Shown: positions 48,574 to 58,586, counted from the first letter of the stretch. The stretch is DNA of 64,000 nt from Treponemataceae bacterium (GCA_963678065.2 CAXXVZ010000004.1:704001-768000); one strand, 5' to 3'. Numbers and translations: made by a program. The notes: generated from the letters alone by a model not told the origin.

Positions 48574-49886
48574 AACCAGGTCGCCCCGTCTCGATCAACT
48601 ACACAATCATCTCGGTCGGGGTCGTCCAGGTTTTTGCCTTCGCGATTCTGGCGCTCGCCCTCGTCTACAATCAAACGGCCCTCATGGCTCTCTGCCTGTT
48701 TTCGCTCATCATGGTCCAGGGTGCCCGACTCTGGACAGCGATGAGCGGAAAGCGTCTGCATGCCACATTTGAGCTCGACCGGTCCCGCATTTTCCCCGGC
48801 GAAGAAGTGAACTTCGAACTTTCGCTCGAGAATGAAAAGCCCTTGCCGATCCTCGCGAGGGCGATCGTCAATCTGCCGATACGGCCCGGATCGACACAGG
48901 CAGGATCGACACAGGCAGGATCGACGCTGGTTGGACCGACAACAGCCACTTCGACACCGGTCGGAGCGCTGGCACAGCCTGAATTGGAATGCGGACTTTC
49001 AGCCTACCAGCGGGCGAGCCGGAAATTCCTGATGATGCCCGAACGGCGGGGTTGCTACGAAATTGACCATATCAGGGTGGAAACCGGGGACCTTCTGGGC
49101 CTCTTCCGCTGCACGGTCGAAATCCCGAATAAAACCAGCCTGATAGTCTTCCCGCGAATTGTGCCGCTCAATCCCGTGGAATTCCCCGCCTTGGAATTTT
49201 TCGGAAGCACAGTCGTGAAGGCACCGGTCGTGGATCCTGCGTATTATCTCGGAACACGGGACTACTCGGGAGACCGCCCCGCAAGGCACATCCACTGGAA
49301 GGCCAGCGCGCGGCAGAGCGTTCTGCAGGAAAAGATTTTCGAACCGACGGCACAGCGCGCCGTCTGCCTCGTCGTCGACGCGAGGGGATTCGAACGGGCG
49401 CATGCAGAGCGAATGGAGCAGGCAACGGGAACGGCAGGGACACCGGATGTGCCTGAAGCGTATGAGCGGATGCTGGAAACGGCGGCTTCGCTGGCGGGGT
49501 ATTTCGAATCGAACGGTGCGTCGGTCGCATTCATCAGCAACGCCGCCTCGACCGGAGGAGGTCCCCGCATGGTGAAATCGGGCAAGGGGGGGCGCAGTCT
49601 GGGCACGATCCTCGAAGCCATGGCCAGACTGGAAATGCGCTCCGACTGCGATCTGGCGGAAATACTGGACTCGGGCATGCGAATGACCAGGGCTTCGGTG
49701 GCTGTTTATCTTGGCTACGACTTCGGCGAGGGCGCCCTGACAGCCTGGCGTATATTGTCCGCAGGGCTGAGACTCCACCTGTCATTTGTCCTGTCGGACA
49801 GTTTGTCGGCTTTGCATGAATTTTCCGGATGCCCTATCTGCCGCATGGCGGATCTCCGCTACGAGGACTCGAGTTTCTATGGCTGA
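48570..49886 (+). CDS. DUF58 domain protein with N-terminal TM helices
   Basis: RRGCY, GDLLGLF, RDY..D..RHIHWKASAR; ATGA coupling to MoxR. Confidence 0.88.
   Translation: MKPGRPVSINYTIISVGVVQVFAFAILALALVYNQTALMALCLFSLIMVQGARLWTAMSGKRLHATFELDRSRIFPGEEVNFELSLENEKPLPILARAIVNLPIRPGSTQAGSTQAGSTLVGPTTATSTPVGALAQPELECGLSAYQRASRKFLMMPERRGCYEIDHIRVETGDLLGLFRCTVEIPNKTSLIVFPRIVPLNPVEFPALEFFGSTVVKAPVVDPAYYLGTRDYSGDRPARHIHWKASARQSVLQEKIFEPTAQRAVCLVVDARGFERAHAERMEQATGTAGTPDVPEAYERMLETAASLAGYFESNGASVAFISNAASTGGGPRMVKSGKGGRSLGTILEAMARLEMRSDCDLAEILDSGMRMTRASVAVYLGYDFGEGALTAWRILSAGLRLHLSFVLSDSLSALHEFSGCPICRMADLRYEDSSFYG
48888..48925 (+). repeat. 15-bp in-frame tandem repeat (GGATCGACACAGGCA x2.5)
   Basis: Exact copies at 48888-48902 and 48903-48917, partial third; encodes GSTQA repeats. 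Confidence 0.9.
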
Positions 49887-51240
49887 TACACCTTCCCGTT
49901 TTGCACTCAGGAGCCTCCTCACCTGTATGGAATATGCGTGGCTCTACCCGCTGTCCCTCCTTTGTTTTTCCTTCTTTCCCGAAATGTCGCGGCCCCGGCC
50001 GGCGGCTGTCATGGCGGCGATGGCGGTCACGACCATCGTCACCGGGATTCTGCGAGGCCGCGGTATTTCCCGCATACTCCTCGTCGCGATCGAAGCGCTT
50101 GTCCTCGCAGGAGATGCTTTTATCATGCTGCGCGGATACTACACGGGCCCGGCGCTGATCCCAGCCCTTCACTCCTTCATGCAGGCCTTCGAACTGGCTC
50201 TCGTGCTCGTATGGTCGGCCGCGTTGTGGTACCGAAGCATAAAAATCGTCCGCGATTCAGCATCAGCGCTGTCGGTGGGAACCCGATTCGATACGGGAGC
50301 GGGCATGATCCTCGCGATCGCGATGCTTGGCTGGGGCATCCGTCAGCCTTTGGCCGGACTTGAAAATTACACGGCGGGCTTTTTCCTCTCGGGACTCATG
50401 GCACTCGCTTCGGTCAACCGCCGCGGAGGTGTCGAGAAAACCCACAGGCCGCTCCTGTTCGCGGTTCTGGCGAGTTTTACAGGCATCGTGTTTTCGATCT
50501 GCATCGGGATCTGGCTCTTCGCACGACCAATACTTGGCGAAGCGGCGCGCATCGGACTGGGAGCTTTCGGATCCGGTATGTCTGCCTTCCTGCCTTGGCT
50601 CGTCAATCTGCTGCGTTCCGTTTTCCGGATGAAACGCACCGCGGTCAATACAGGAACCGATGCTGATAAATCTTTCAGCAACATGGTAGCGGTCGCAATA
50701 GAGGGCAAGGAGAACTCTGTTCTGAGGTTCATTCTCATCTGGGGATTCCGCATGGCTGTCGCCGGCTTTGTCATCCTGCTCGTTGCAAGTTTCGCGCCCC
50801 CGCTCCTGAAATGGCTCCGCACTCCATCGGGAAGGGGAGCCGCCCCGTTCCGCCTGCGTTTCTTCATGAGCAGGATCAGCGCAGGGCTGCGCCGACTCAT
50901 ACGACTACTGGCCCGTGCTCTGGGGTTTTCAAACAATCGGGGGGCAGGAATGGAAGGTCCGGCAGCCCGGGCCTACCTGCGCCTGGCCCGATGGGGGCGG
51001 CGCTCCCGGCTCAAGCCATCATGGTCAGAGACGCCGATCGAATTCGGCCGGAGGGTAGCGCAGGCATTCCCGGAAATCACCGCCGAGGCAACAGGTATAG
51101 CACAGGCTTTCAGCCACGAATATTATGGCGGAAAAATCGACGCAGAGGCAGTCGGACAACTCAACCGTTTCTGCGCCCGAATGGCGAGTCCGGGACTCTG
51201 GGCTCGCCGCGTATCGCGCTGGTTCACGATCACACGATGA
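49879..51240 (+). CDS. Polytopic membrane protein with C-terminal DUF4129
   Basis: Many TM segments; AYLRL...ETPIEF...F..EYYG C-terminus. Confidence 0.78.
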   Translation: MADTPSRFALRSLLTCMEYAWLYPLSLLCFSFFPEMSRPRPAAVMAAMAVTTIVTGILRGRGISRILLVAIEALVLAGDAFIMLRGYYTGPALIPALHSFMQAFELALVLVWSAALWYRSIKIVRDSASALSVGTRFDTGAGMILAIAMLGWGIRQPLAGLENYTAGFFLSGLMALASVNRRGGVEKTHRPLLFAVLASFTGIVFSICIGIWLFARPILGEAARIGLGAFGSGMSAFLPWLVNLLRSVFRMKRTAVNTGTDADKSFSNMVAVAIEGKENSVLRFILIWGFRMAVAGFVILLVASFAPPLLKWLRTPSGRGAAPFRLRFFMSRISAGLRRLIRLLARALGFSNNRGAGMEGPAARAYLRLARWGRRSRLKPSWSETPIEFGRRVAQAFPEITAEATGIAQAFSHEYYGGKIDAEAVGQLNRFCARMASPGLWARRVSRWFTITR

Positions 51241-51862
51241 GCTTGTGGCGGTATGCGTACTGCGTTAGCTGGGCATTGTTGGCGAGTCCCATTTTCTCGA
51301 GGATTCGCGAGCGGTACGTGCTGACTGTCTTGACGCTGAGACCCATTTTTTCAGCGGCGCTGCCCACGGTCCCGCCCGCGGCGAGGAAAAGCATGACTTG
51401 CGTCTCACGCTCGGAGAGCAGGCGGTGGGGTGGCTGGCCGTCCCCGGATTTGATGCCGCTCACGAGGACTCCCGAGGCTGCCGGTGAAACATAGGTTCCG
51501 CCGCGGGCGACTATCCTGATGGCCTCCACCAGCTCTTCGGGGGCGCTGGATTTGTTGAGACAGCCAGAGGCCCCGAGACGGAAGGCGCGCACCGCGTACT
51601 GCTCTTCGGGCTGGATCGAGAGCATGAGAATCGGAAGGTCCGGCGCGAAATCCCTGATGTCGCGCAGCACGTCCATGCCGTCCTTGCCCGGCAGGGAGAT
51701 ATCGAGGATCACGACATCGTAGTGGGTCGCCTTGACGGCGTCGATCGCCGCGAATCCGTCGGCGGCCTCGTCCACGGTGCCGACATAGACCGACTCGGTG
51801 AGAAGCTGGCGCAGGCCCCGCCTGATGAGGGGATGGTCGTCGGCTACGAGTACTTTGAGCAT
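51230..51862 (-). CDS. NarL/UvrY-family response regulator
   Basis: VADDHPLIR, ILDISLP, LSERETQV, LSVKTVSTYR LuxR HTH. Confidence 0.95.
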   Translation of the reverse strand: MLKVLVADDHPLIRRGLRQLLTESVYVGTVDEAADGFAAIDAVKATHYDVVILDISLPGKDGMDVLRDIRDFAPDLPILMLSIQPEEQYAVRAFRLGASGCLNKSSAPEELVEAIRIVARGGTYVSPAASGVLVSGIKSGDGQPPHRLLSERETQVMLFLAAGGTVGSAAEKMGLSVKTVSTYRSRILEKMGLANNAQLTQYAYRHKLIV

Positions 51863-51867
51863 GACGT

Positions 51868-54800
51868 TCAGACACTCCTGCCCTCGGAGGGCGCGCGGGA
51901 TGGAAGCGAAACGGAGACCTTCGTTCCGCCTCCCGGGTTGCTGTCGATCCGGAATTCCCCCCCGCAGTAGCGGACCCGCTCGCGCATGCCGAGGATTCCG
52001 ATGGACGCGGGGATGCCGGTCGTGCCGGCCGCCATTCCTACGCCGTTGTCCGAAACATCGAGCCCGAGGGAGCCCTCCGAGTGCGAGAATCTGACCTCGA
52101 CCTTGTCCGCGTCGGCATGCCGGGCGATATTCGTCAGTATCTCCTGAAAAACCCGGAAAAGTGTAGTGGAGATGGCTGGGTCGATTCCTTCGGGCGAGGG
52201 GCCGATGTCGGCGACACAGTCTATGCCTGTCCGGTGCCGGAATTCCTCGAGCTGCCACGTAAGCGCCTCCGAAAGCGAGAGCGTGTCGAGGGCCTTGGGC
52301 CTGAGCCGCGTGGAGATGCGCTTGACCGACTCCATCGCCTCGTCGACAAGTCTCAGACTCTCGCCGAGCCTGTCCTCGCGGCTCGCCTCTTCGGGATGGC
52401 GTTTGAGCCAGTGCAGGTCCATCTTGACCGCGGTCAGGAGCTGTCCGAGTTCATCGTGGACATCGCGGGCTGCGGCGGCTCTCTCCTCCTCGCGGGCGTC
52501 CTGGATGTGCATGGACAGGTCGCCCATCTCCCGCGCGCGCCGTTCGAGGGATGTCGTGCGGATCTTCACTCCCGCGAAGACTCCGAGGGCGACGAGGCCA
52601 GCCAACAAACCCATGAACCAGGGTTGGCGCCAGAGCGGCGGTATGACCTTGATCCGGAGTGAGGCGCCTTCACTGTTCCACACGCCTCCCGAATCGGCGC
52701 CCCTGATCCTGAGCGTATGCTCGCCCGGCCCCAGCCCGGTGAGAACGGCGCGGCTGGAGGACCCGAGATCGTTCCATACCCCGTGAGAGCCTTTGAGGCT
52801 GAAGGCATAGCGGTTGTGGGCGGGGTCGGTGTAGTCGAGGACGGCAAAATCGACGACGAGGGCGGAGTCGTCCGGCCACATGGTGACGAGACCTTCGGCC
52901 AGGGCCGCGCGGAGGGAGCGCGCGCGCTTCGAACTTGCCGCCGGATCGAGACTCCGTCCGCCGATGACCTCGATGTCCGCTATCACGACGGGCGGAGGCG
53001 GGTAGTCGTGCACGAGATCGCCCGGCCTCACGACATCGAGACCCTCGGAGCCGCCAAGGAAAAAATAGCCGTCGGAGCTGCAGAGCCAGGAATTTTGGGA
53101 AAATCTTCTCTGAAAACCATTGGCCTCACCCCATTTATACAGATTCATATGGTCAGGATCGTATCGCGTCAGCCCTGAGCCCGTGATGATCCAGAGCCGC
53201 TTCAGACTGTCTTCGAGTATGCCGACGATGTCGTTCCCGGCCAGGCCGTCCTCAGCGCGCAAGTGCTCGAAATGGATGGAACCTTCTTTCTCGATGAGTC
53301 TGTCGAGGCCTCCACCGCCCGTTCCGACCCAGATCTGGCCAGACGCGTCCTCATAGAGGCAGGTGACAGAGGAATCGGCCAAGGCCGAGGGGTCGCCAGG
53401 GGAACGCCGGATGGGCTTCATGCTCCCCTTTTTTCTGTCGAACAGGGAAAGTCCGCCGTCCCATGTTCCGACCCAGAATCTTCCCCTGGAATCCTCGAGG
53501 AGGGCTCGCACGGAGTAGCCCTGCAGGGATTCGGGATCGCCCGGCTTGGCCGTGTAGTGGACGAAGGAGTCGCGGGCGGCATCGTAGCGGTCCAGTCCCG
53601 CGCCCTCCATGCCTATCCACAGAACTCCGCCGGTATCGACGAGGAGGGACCAGACGACAGAGCCGCCCAGCGAGGAGGGATCATTCCTGTCGGGACTATA
53701 GTTCCGGAAAATTCCTGTAGCTGGGTCGAGGCGCCCGAGTCCGCTTCCATCCGTCCCGACCCATATCCCTCCCGCTCTGTCCTCGACGAGGGAGACGACC
53801 CTGTCTCCCGGGAGGCTCCCGGGATCGGAGGCGGAATGCCGAAAAGTGCGGAGCTTTCCCGTCCTGCGGTCGAAGCGGACGAGGCCAGCCCCGTCTGAAG
53901 CAAGCCAGATCGCCCCGGACCTGTCCTCGTAGATCTGGCGGAGTTCGGCGCCCGCGCCGCCTGGCAGGAGGCTCGAGGGATAGTGGAGGATAGCCAAGGA
54001 CCTGGGATTGTTGATGCTGACGCCGCCGCCCCTCGTGCCGACCCAGATGAGGCCTCCCCTGTCGGCGATGATGGAGCGTATGTTGTCGTGGCTGAGGGCG
54101 CGGGGATTCTCCGGATCGGCGCGGACGACCGAAGTTCCCGCCAGTTTCTCCTCGGGAAGCCCCGAACCGCGATCCAGACCGATGGTCACGATTCCCCTGT
54201 CCTCTGTTCCGACCCAGAGCCTGCCCGATCTGTCTTCCGAGATGGCCCTGACCGTGACTGGATCCATCCTTGCGGGAAGCTCCACCTTGACGGGAAGCGA
54301 ATCCGCGCCCTCGAGTCGGAACAGGCCCCTGTTCTCGGTCCCGATCCAGATCCGCCCTTTCGCGTCCTCGAATATCGCGCGTACCGTGGCAGAGCCGAGG
54401 CCCCCTGCGCTGATCATGGCGAAGGCATCGGCGGCGGGATCGTAGAGAGCCAGGCCGCCGGCCGTACCGATCCAGAGCCTGCCCCGCGAATCGGAGAGAA
54501 GGGTGCGCACTACATCATCCGGCAGAGAGCGAGGATCAGAAGAATGCCGGTAGTGGCGGAAAGTCCGTGAAACCTTGTCCAGACGGTCGAGCCCGGCGCC
54601 GCCGAGGCCGGCCCATATTGTCCCGGACCTGTCGTCCACGACAGCAAACACGCGGTCTCCTGCAAGCGATCCGGAATCGGCGGGGTTGTTGCGGAAATGC
54701 TCGAAAGAATCGGTGGACTCACGGTAGCGGTCGAGACCACCGCCGTCCGTCGCGATCCAGATGTCGCCGGCTGTGTCCTGGTGGAGGTCAAAAACAAGGG

Positions 54801-55101
54801 AGGCGGAGAGGCTGCCCTGGTCCCCGGGAACGGGCCTGTAAGATACAACCTTGCTGCCGTCATAGCGGTCGAGCCCGGAAAAAGTGCCGAGCCACATGAA
54901 GCCGCGCTTGTCCTGAAGCATGCAGAACACCGAATCGCTCGACAGTCCCTCGTCAGTGCCGAGCCTGCGGAAGACAGGGGCCTGCCCCGTACCGCGCAGG
55001 CCCACGAGCGGCGCATTCCCGGAAGATTGTGCCCCGACCCCGAGACAGGCCGCAATCACCATCAGGGCGAGAATGAGAACGAGTGCACGAGGTCCCGGCA
55101 T
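51868..55101 (-). CDS. Sensor histidine kinase: beta-propeller (Reg_prop) repeats, Y_Y_Y domain, TM, HisKA_3 and HATPase
   Basis: Repeated D..G.lWiGT..GGL motifs, LGPGEHTLRIRG, PPLWRQPWF, ARDVHDELGQ, QEILTNIARHA, DNGVG. Confidence 0.92.
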   Translation of the reverse strand: MPGPRALVLILALMVIAACLGVGAQSSGNAPLVGLRGTGQAPVFRRLGTDEGLSSDSVFCMLQDKRGFMWLGTFSGLDRYDGSKVVSYRPVPGDQGSLSASLVFDLHQDTAGDIWIATDGGGLDRYRESTDSFEHFRNNPADSGSLAGDRVFAVVDDRSGTIWAGLGGAGLDRLDKVSRTFRHYRHSSDPRSLPDDVVRTLLSDSRGRLWIGTAGGLALYDPAADAFAMISAGGLGSATVRAIFEDAKGRIWIGTENRGLFRLEGADSLPVKVELPARMDPVTVRAISEDRSGRLWVGTEDRGIVTIGLDRGSGLPEEKLAGTSVVRADPENPRALSHDNIRSIIADRGGLIWVGTRGGGVSINNPRSLAILHYPSSLLPGGAGAELRQIYEDRSGAIWLASDGAGLVRFDRRTGKLRTFRHSASDPGSLPGDRVVSLVEDRAGGIWVGTDGSGLGRLDPATGIFRNYSPDRNDPSSLGGSVVWSLLVDTGGVLWIGMEGAGLDRYDAARDSFVHYTAKPGDPESLQGYSVRALLEDSRGRFWVGTWDGGLSLFDRKKGSMKPIRRSPGDPSALADSSVTCLYEDASGQIWVGTGGGGLDRLIEKEGSIHFEHLRAEDGLAGNDIVGILEDSLKRLWIITGSGLTRYDPDHMNLYKWGEANGFQRRFSQNSWLCSSDGYFFLGGSEGLDVVRPGDLVHDYPPPPVVIADIEVIGGRSLDPAASSKRARSLRAALAEGLVTMWPDDSALVVDFAVLDYTDPAHNRYAFSLKGSHGVWNDLGSSSRAVLTGLGPGEHTLRIRGADSGGVWNSEGASLRIKVIPPLWRQPWFMGLLAGLVALGVFAGVKIRTTSLERRAREMGDLSMHIQDAREEERAAAARDVHDELGQLLTAVKMDLHWLKRHPEEASREDRLGESLRLVDEAMESVKRISTRLRPKALDTLSLSEALTWQLEEFRHRTGIDCVADIGPSPEGIDPAISTTLFRVFQEILTNIARHADADKVEVRFSHSEGSLGLDVSDNGVGMAAGTTGIPASIGILGMRERVRYCGGEFRIDSNPGGGTKVSVSLPSRAPSEGRSV

Positions 55102-55107
55102 GGTTTT

Positions 55108-55136
55108 ACTCTACGGGCCCGGACCGTCGGCGTCAA
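55108..55136 (-). promoter_or_regulatory. sigma70-like promoter of the sensor kinase, probably leaderless
   Basis: TTGACG-17 bp-TAGAGT, then 6 nt to the ATG. Confidence 0.65.
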
Positions 55137-55227
55137 CCGACCTGTCCTTCGGCTAGATTTCTGCATGGGGCAACACGCCGACAGCCTTGAGTTCCGGACG
55201 AGGACTCCGAACGCTGTAGCCTGAGAT

Positions 55228-56784
55228 CTACCCGATGTACTTTCCGGAATCGGTATAGTTCCTGGCGACATTTTCAATCATCTGCACCGCCTCTTCTTTT
55301 CTGTCCTCCGTTCCCGCCAATACCTCCCACCTCGCCAACCCTTCTTCGCTCTGGGATATTCTTTGGGAAACCTGAGTCCATTCCCTGCGAACCTCTGTCG
55401 ATGCTTCGATCACGGATGGCAATCCTTCGCGCATGATAGTCGCCTCAAGGTCAGTGCCATCGGCCATATTCTTCACCGCTCTTCCGCCCCGTTTCAGGAA
55501 CTCATCCTCTATTTCTTTCATGGCAAGAATTCTTTTGCCATTGTCGGGGAATTTGTACCCCCACTCTCTTTCCCTGAAGGTCGAGTCTTGCAGTTCGCGC
55601 ATGAATTCGTACTTTTCCGGATGATCGAACCAGGCCTTTGCGGTCAACAGTCCGAAGAAAAGTGTGTTCTCGGTGGCGATGAAGCCCTTCCTGTAACCGC
55701 CCGCGGTCGCGGGAAAATTCAGGTAATAGTGCGCCGACTCTTCCACCGCGCCCAGGAATTGCCTGTCGAGGTTGTTCCTCAAGGCCTGTTTGATCTGGGA
55801 ATGGCCATTTCTGATCATATGGACGCCAAAGCCGTTTTTTGCCAATTCGACGACCGCAAGCGGATTCGCTTTGAGATCAGCGTAGAATTGCGGGGCATAG
55901 GAATCTCCGAAGGTATTTTCGAATAGTTTCCGTATGCGCGGCGCGATGATGGCGATATTGAACGCGGGGCTCAGCTGCTTTCCGCCGGAATCCAGCAAAT
56001 CCATCCTGTCCCCGTCGCCGTCAAAGCAGATGCCGAACAGGAATTCTTTTTTCGACAATCTGTCCAGAGTCGGCTGTATGGATTCTTTGATAACAGGGTT
56101 TGGTTCTCCTGAAGGGAACGTTCCGTCGGGGACCATGTTCCGCGCATCGACACGTGCGCCGGCGATATCGAAGGCTTGAAGAAATTCGAAACCGGCTGTA
56201 CCTGACAAGAAATCCATAATTATCTTCAGCCCGGCCAGTTCCCCCTTTTTCACTCCCGCCAGCTCCATCGAATAGTCGACGTATTTCTCCACATAATTGA
56301 TGGGCCTCAGGTGTCCGGCCGCACCTTTTGGCATCCTTGAATCCTCGCTGTATATCTCTTTTATCCTTTGAAGCCCACCTTGCGGGCCGCAGCCCATCGC
56401 GACGGGCTGCAGATCAGGGCCTATGATCTTAAGTCCTATATCCCTCCCCGGATTGTGCGAGGCGCTGTACATGATTCCCGCCGCGTCGCGATGCTGCATG
56501 CAGGAAAAGTAGAACATGCAGGTCGAGCTCGCCATCGGATATACAAGTACTTCGAAACCCAGACTCCTGAACACCTCGATTCCCTGCTCCAGATACCGCG
56601 CGCCCGATATCCGCGCATCTTTGCACAGGACGACTTTCCCCGTGTTCAGAACATGTCGGAAATAGTGCGCTATCGCATGGGCGAGTCTTTCCGACAGATC
56701 GAGGGTCAATCTGTCGGAAGGAGTCCTGATGTCATAGGCCTTGAACATGCTCAGATTCAGACCGTCTCCGTTCTCGCGCAACAT
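55228..56784 (-). CDS. Alpha-D-phosphohexomutase (PMM/PGM family)
   Basis: FKAYDIR, SASHNP phosphoserine loop, FDGDGDR metal loop, EESAH. Confidence 0.9.
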   Translation of the reverse strand: MLRENGDGLNLSMFKAYDIRTPSDRLTLDLSERLAHAIAHYFRHVLNTGKVVLCKDARISGARYLEQGIEVFRSLGFEVLVYPMASSTCMFYFSCMQHRDAAGIMYSASHNPGRDIGLKIIGPDLQPVAMGCGPQGGLQRIKEIYSEDSRMPKGAAGHLRPINYVEKYVDYSMELAGVKKGELAGLKIIMDFLSGTAGFEFLQAFDIAGARVDARNMVPDGTFPSGEPNPVIKESIQPTLDRLSKKEFLFGICFDGDGDRMDLLDSGGKQLSPAFNIAIIAPRIRKLFENTFGDSYAPQFYADLKANPLAVVELAKNGFGVHMIRNGHSQIKQALRNNLDRQFLGAVEESAHYYLNFPATAGGYRKGFIATENTLFFGLLTAKAWFDHPEKYEFMRELQDSTFREREWGYKFPDNGKRILAMKEIEDEFLKRGGRAVKNMADGTDLEATIMREGLPSVIEASTEVRREWTQVSQRISQSEEGLARWEVLAGTEDRKEEAVQMIENVARNYTDSGKYIG

Positions 56785-56817
56785 TGTGGCCTCCAGTCAG
56801 CCTGCAGCATCCATCGA

Positions 56818-57705
56818 TCAACGACAGCCTTTCGACTTCAGATACTGGTTCAATTCCTGTGGCCAATCGGTCTGAATGATGTCTATTCCCCTGTCGACGA
56901 GCCAGCCCCAGCCTTTTTCGGGGCCTTCGATCAAGGATTGGTTGTCATCATGCCATGCGCAGAGGGTAAATCGGTCGCTCAAGGTCAATGCATTTGCCCA
57001 AACGAGGATACCTCTGCCATGCAGCTCTTTGATGAACTCTTCCTGAATGACCGCGTCCGACTCCTGATGAATGAAAATTTCCACGATCGGAACATTGACC
57101 CGGGAAGGAAACTTCCTGAAATGCTCTATGTACTGGTCATCGGTTATCATCGGAATGATTGTCGCTTTGTAATCATGTTGCTCAAGCCACTTCATTCCCT
57201 GCTCCATATGCGCGGGCGCCTTTATCAGAATTTGTTCTTCCATGCCATGAAGCCGCACTCTATCGTACACTTCATCCAGGTATTCCCAACATCGATCCAG
57301 GTTGATCAGGCAACGACCTTTCACATGTTTCAGGAATTCGTCCAATGTATTGATGGTGAAGGTCGAAGACTCACCTATCGCGTTCTTGAGCCTGAGATTT
57401 CTGATACTTTCGAATTCGATGTCAGCGATTCTGGCGGGCAAACTAGTAAGCCGCCCGAGGGTATCGTCGTGGAACATGACGAACGTGCCGTCGGCGGTGC
57501 GCGCAACGTCGGCTTCCAGGATATCGGCCCCACCTTTCAGGGCAAGATCGAATGCTTCTAAAGTATTTTCCACGATGCCAGCGCCGAATTTGCCTCTATG
57601 TGAGACGATCATTTTGCGAGAGCCCAGTTTTTGGATACCGATATCGGAAATGCGCCTGATGGGTTCGCTCACTTTTTTTTGTATGTTCATAGGCTTCTCC
57701 TCCAA
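56818..57705 (-). CDS. Glycerophosphodiester phosphodiesterase family protein
   Basis: SHRG, ENTLEAF, EADVARTADG..VMFHD, IIQTDWP; start may be 57690. Confidence 0.9.
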   Translation of the reverse strand: MEEKPMNIQKKVSEPIRRISDIGIQKLGSRKMIVSHRGKFGAGIVENTLEAFDLALKGGADILEADVARTADGTFVMFHDDTLGRLTSLPARIADIEFESIRNLRLKNAIGESSTFTINTLDEFLKHVKGRCLINLDRCWEYLDEVYDRVRLHGMEEQILIKAPAHMEQGMKWLEQHDYKATIIPMITDDQYIEHFRKFPSRVNVPIVEIFIHQESDAVIQEEFIKELHGRGILVWANALTLSDRFTLCAWHDDNQSLIEGPEKGWGWLVDRGIDIIQTDWPQELNQYLKSKGCR

Positions 57706-57722
57706 AATATTCGGTTGCAGAC

Positions 57723-58586
57723 TCAGCCTTTTACTGCTCCACCGGTGAGACCAGAGACCATGTATTTCTGCAAAAAAACGAAGATGAACACGACGGGCAG
57801 CACAAGAAGGGTGCCATAGGTCATCACCATGTTCCAGCTGAGTCCATATTCATTGATGAAATTGAACATTCCGGCAGTGGCTGGCCACAGGCTGAAATCG
57901 GATATAAACGTCATGGAGTAGATCAGGTTATTCCAACCGAAAACAAAGCTGAAAGCAGCCGATATGATGATGCCCGGGTATGATATAGGGACGATTATTC
58001 GCCAAAAGGTCGAAACGGGCGTGCATCCATCCATCAACGCAGCGTCTTCGATCTCGACCGGCAAAGAGAGAAAGTATGTCCTCAATGTCAGTACCGTGAA
58101 CGGTATCGCGACCGAGGAGCAGGCCAATATGGGGGACAACATCGTATTGATCAGTTTTGCCTGATTGAACATCAGGTATAACGGCGTGAGAGTGAGCGTC
58201 GGGGGGAGCATCTGACTGACGAGAAAAACGAGCAGGAAGCCTTTTTTCCCCTTCAATCCATATCGCGCAAAGCTGTAGGCTGTCGGCACGGATAGCAGCA
58301 ACGAAATCATCATTGACGACAATGCCACGATGAAGCTGTTTACAAACGATCTGAACACATGATAGTTCCCGGAAAAAATGGAAATGTAATTCCCGACCGT
58401 GGGCTTCGCGGGGAACAACCGCGAAGTGTACTTGAATATTTCCGCTTCGGTTTTAATCGATGCCATGAACATCCAGAGCAAGGGAAACAGGAAGACAGCC
58501 GTCACAGCAAGAGCAAAAACATTGTATGCCCATTCTTTCCGGAATATCCGTTTCCGCCCGTATTTAGTCCCAGCAAACGAGCTCAT
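57723..58586 (-). CDS. Carbohydrate ABC permease (MalG-like)
   Basis: EIEDAALMDGC, WNNLIY, GLTGGAVKG. Confidence 0.93.
   Translation of the reverse strand: MSSFAGTKYGRKRIFRKEWAYNVFALAVTAVFLFPLLWMFMASIKTEAEIFKYTSRLFPAKPTVGNYISIFSGNYHVFRSFVNSFIVALSSMMISLLLSVPTAYSFARYGLKGKKGFLLVFLVSQMLPPTLTLTPLYLMFNQAKLINTMLSPILACSSVAIPFTVLTLRTYFLSLPVEIEDAALMDGCTPVSTFWRIIVPISYPGIIISAAFSFVFGWNNLIYSMTFISDFSLWPATAGMFNFINEYGLSWNMVMTYGTLLVLPVVFIFVFLQKYMVSGLTGGAVKG

Noticed and set aside
48888..48965. CRISPR-like repeat
   Set aside because: Adjacent 15-bp units with no spacers, in frame inside a CDS, no cas genes
51230..52258. 342-aa response regulator with a long N-terminal extension
   Set aside because: The extension overlaps the kinase gene in another frame; the REC domain starts at ATG 51862
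53100..54900. Recurrent DNA motifs (e.g. CCGACCCAGA) in the sensor kinase
   Set aside because: Explained by the protein's beta-propeller repeats (lWvGT)
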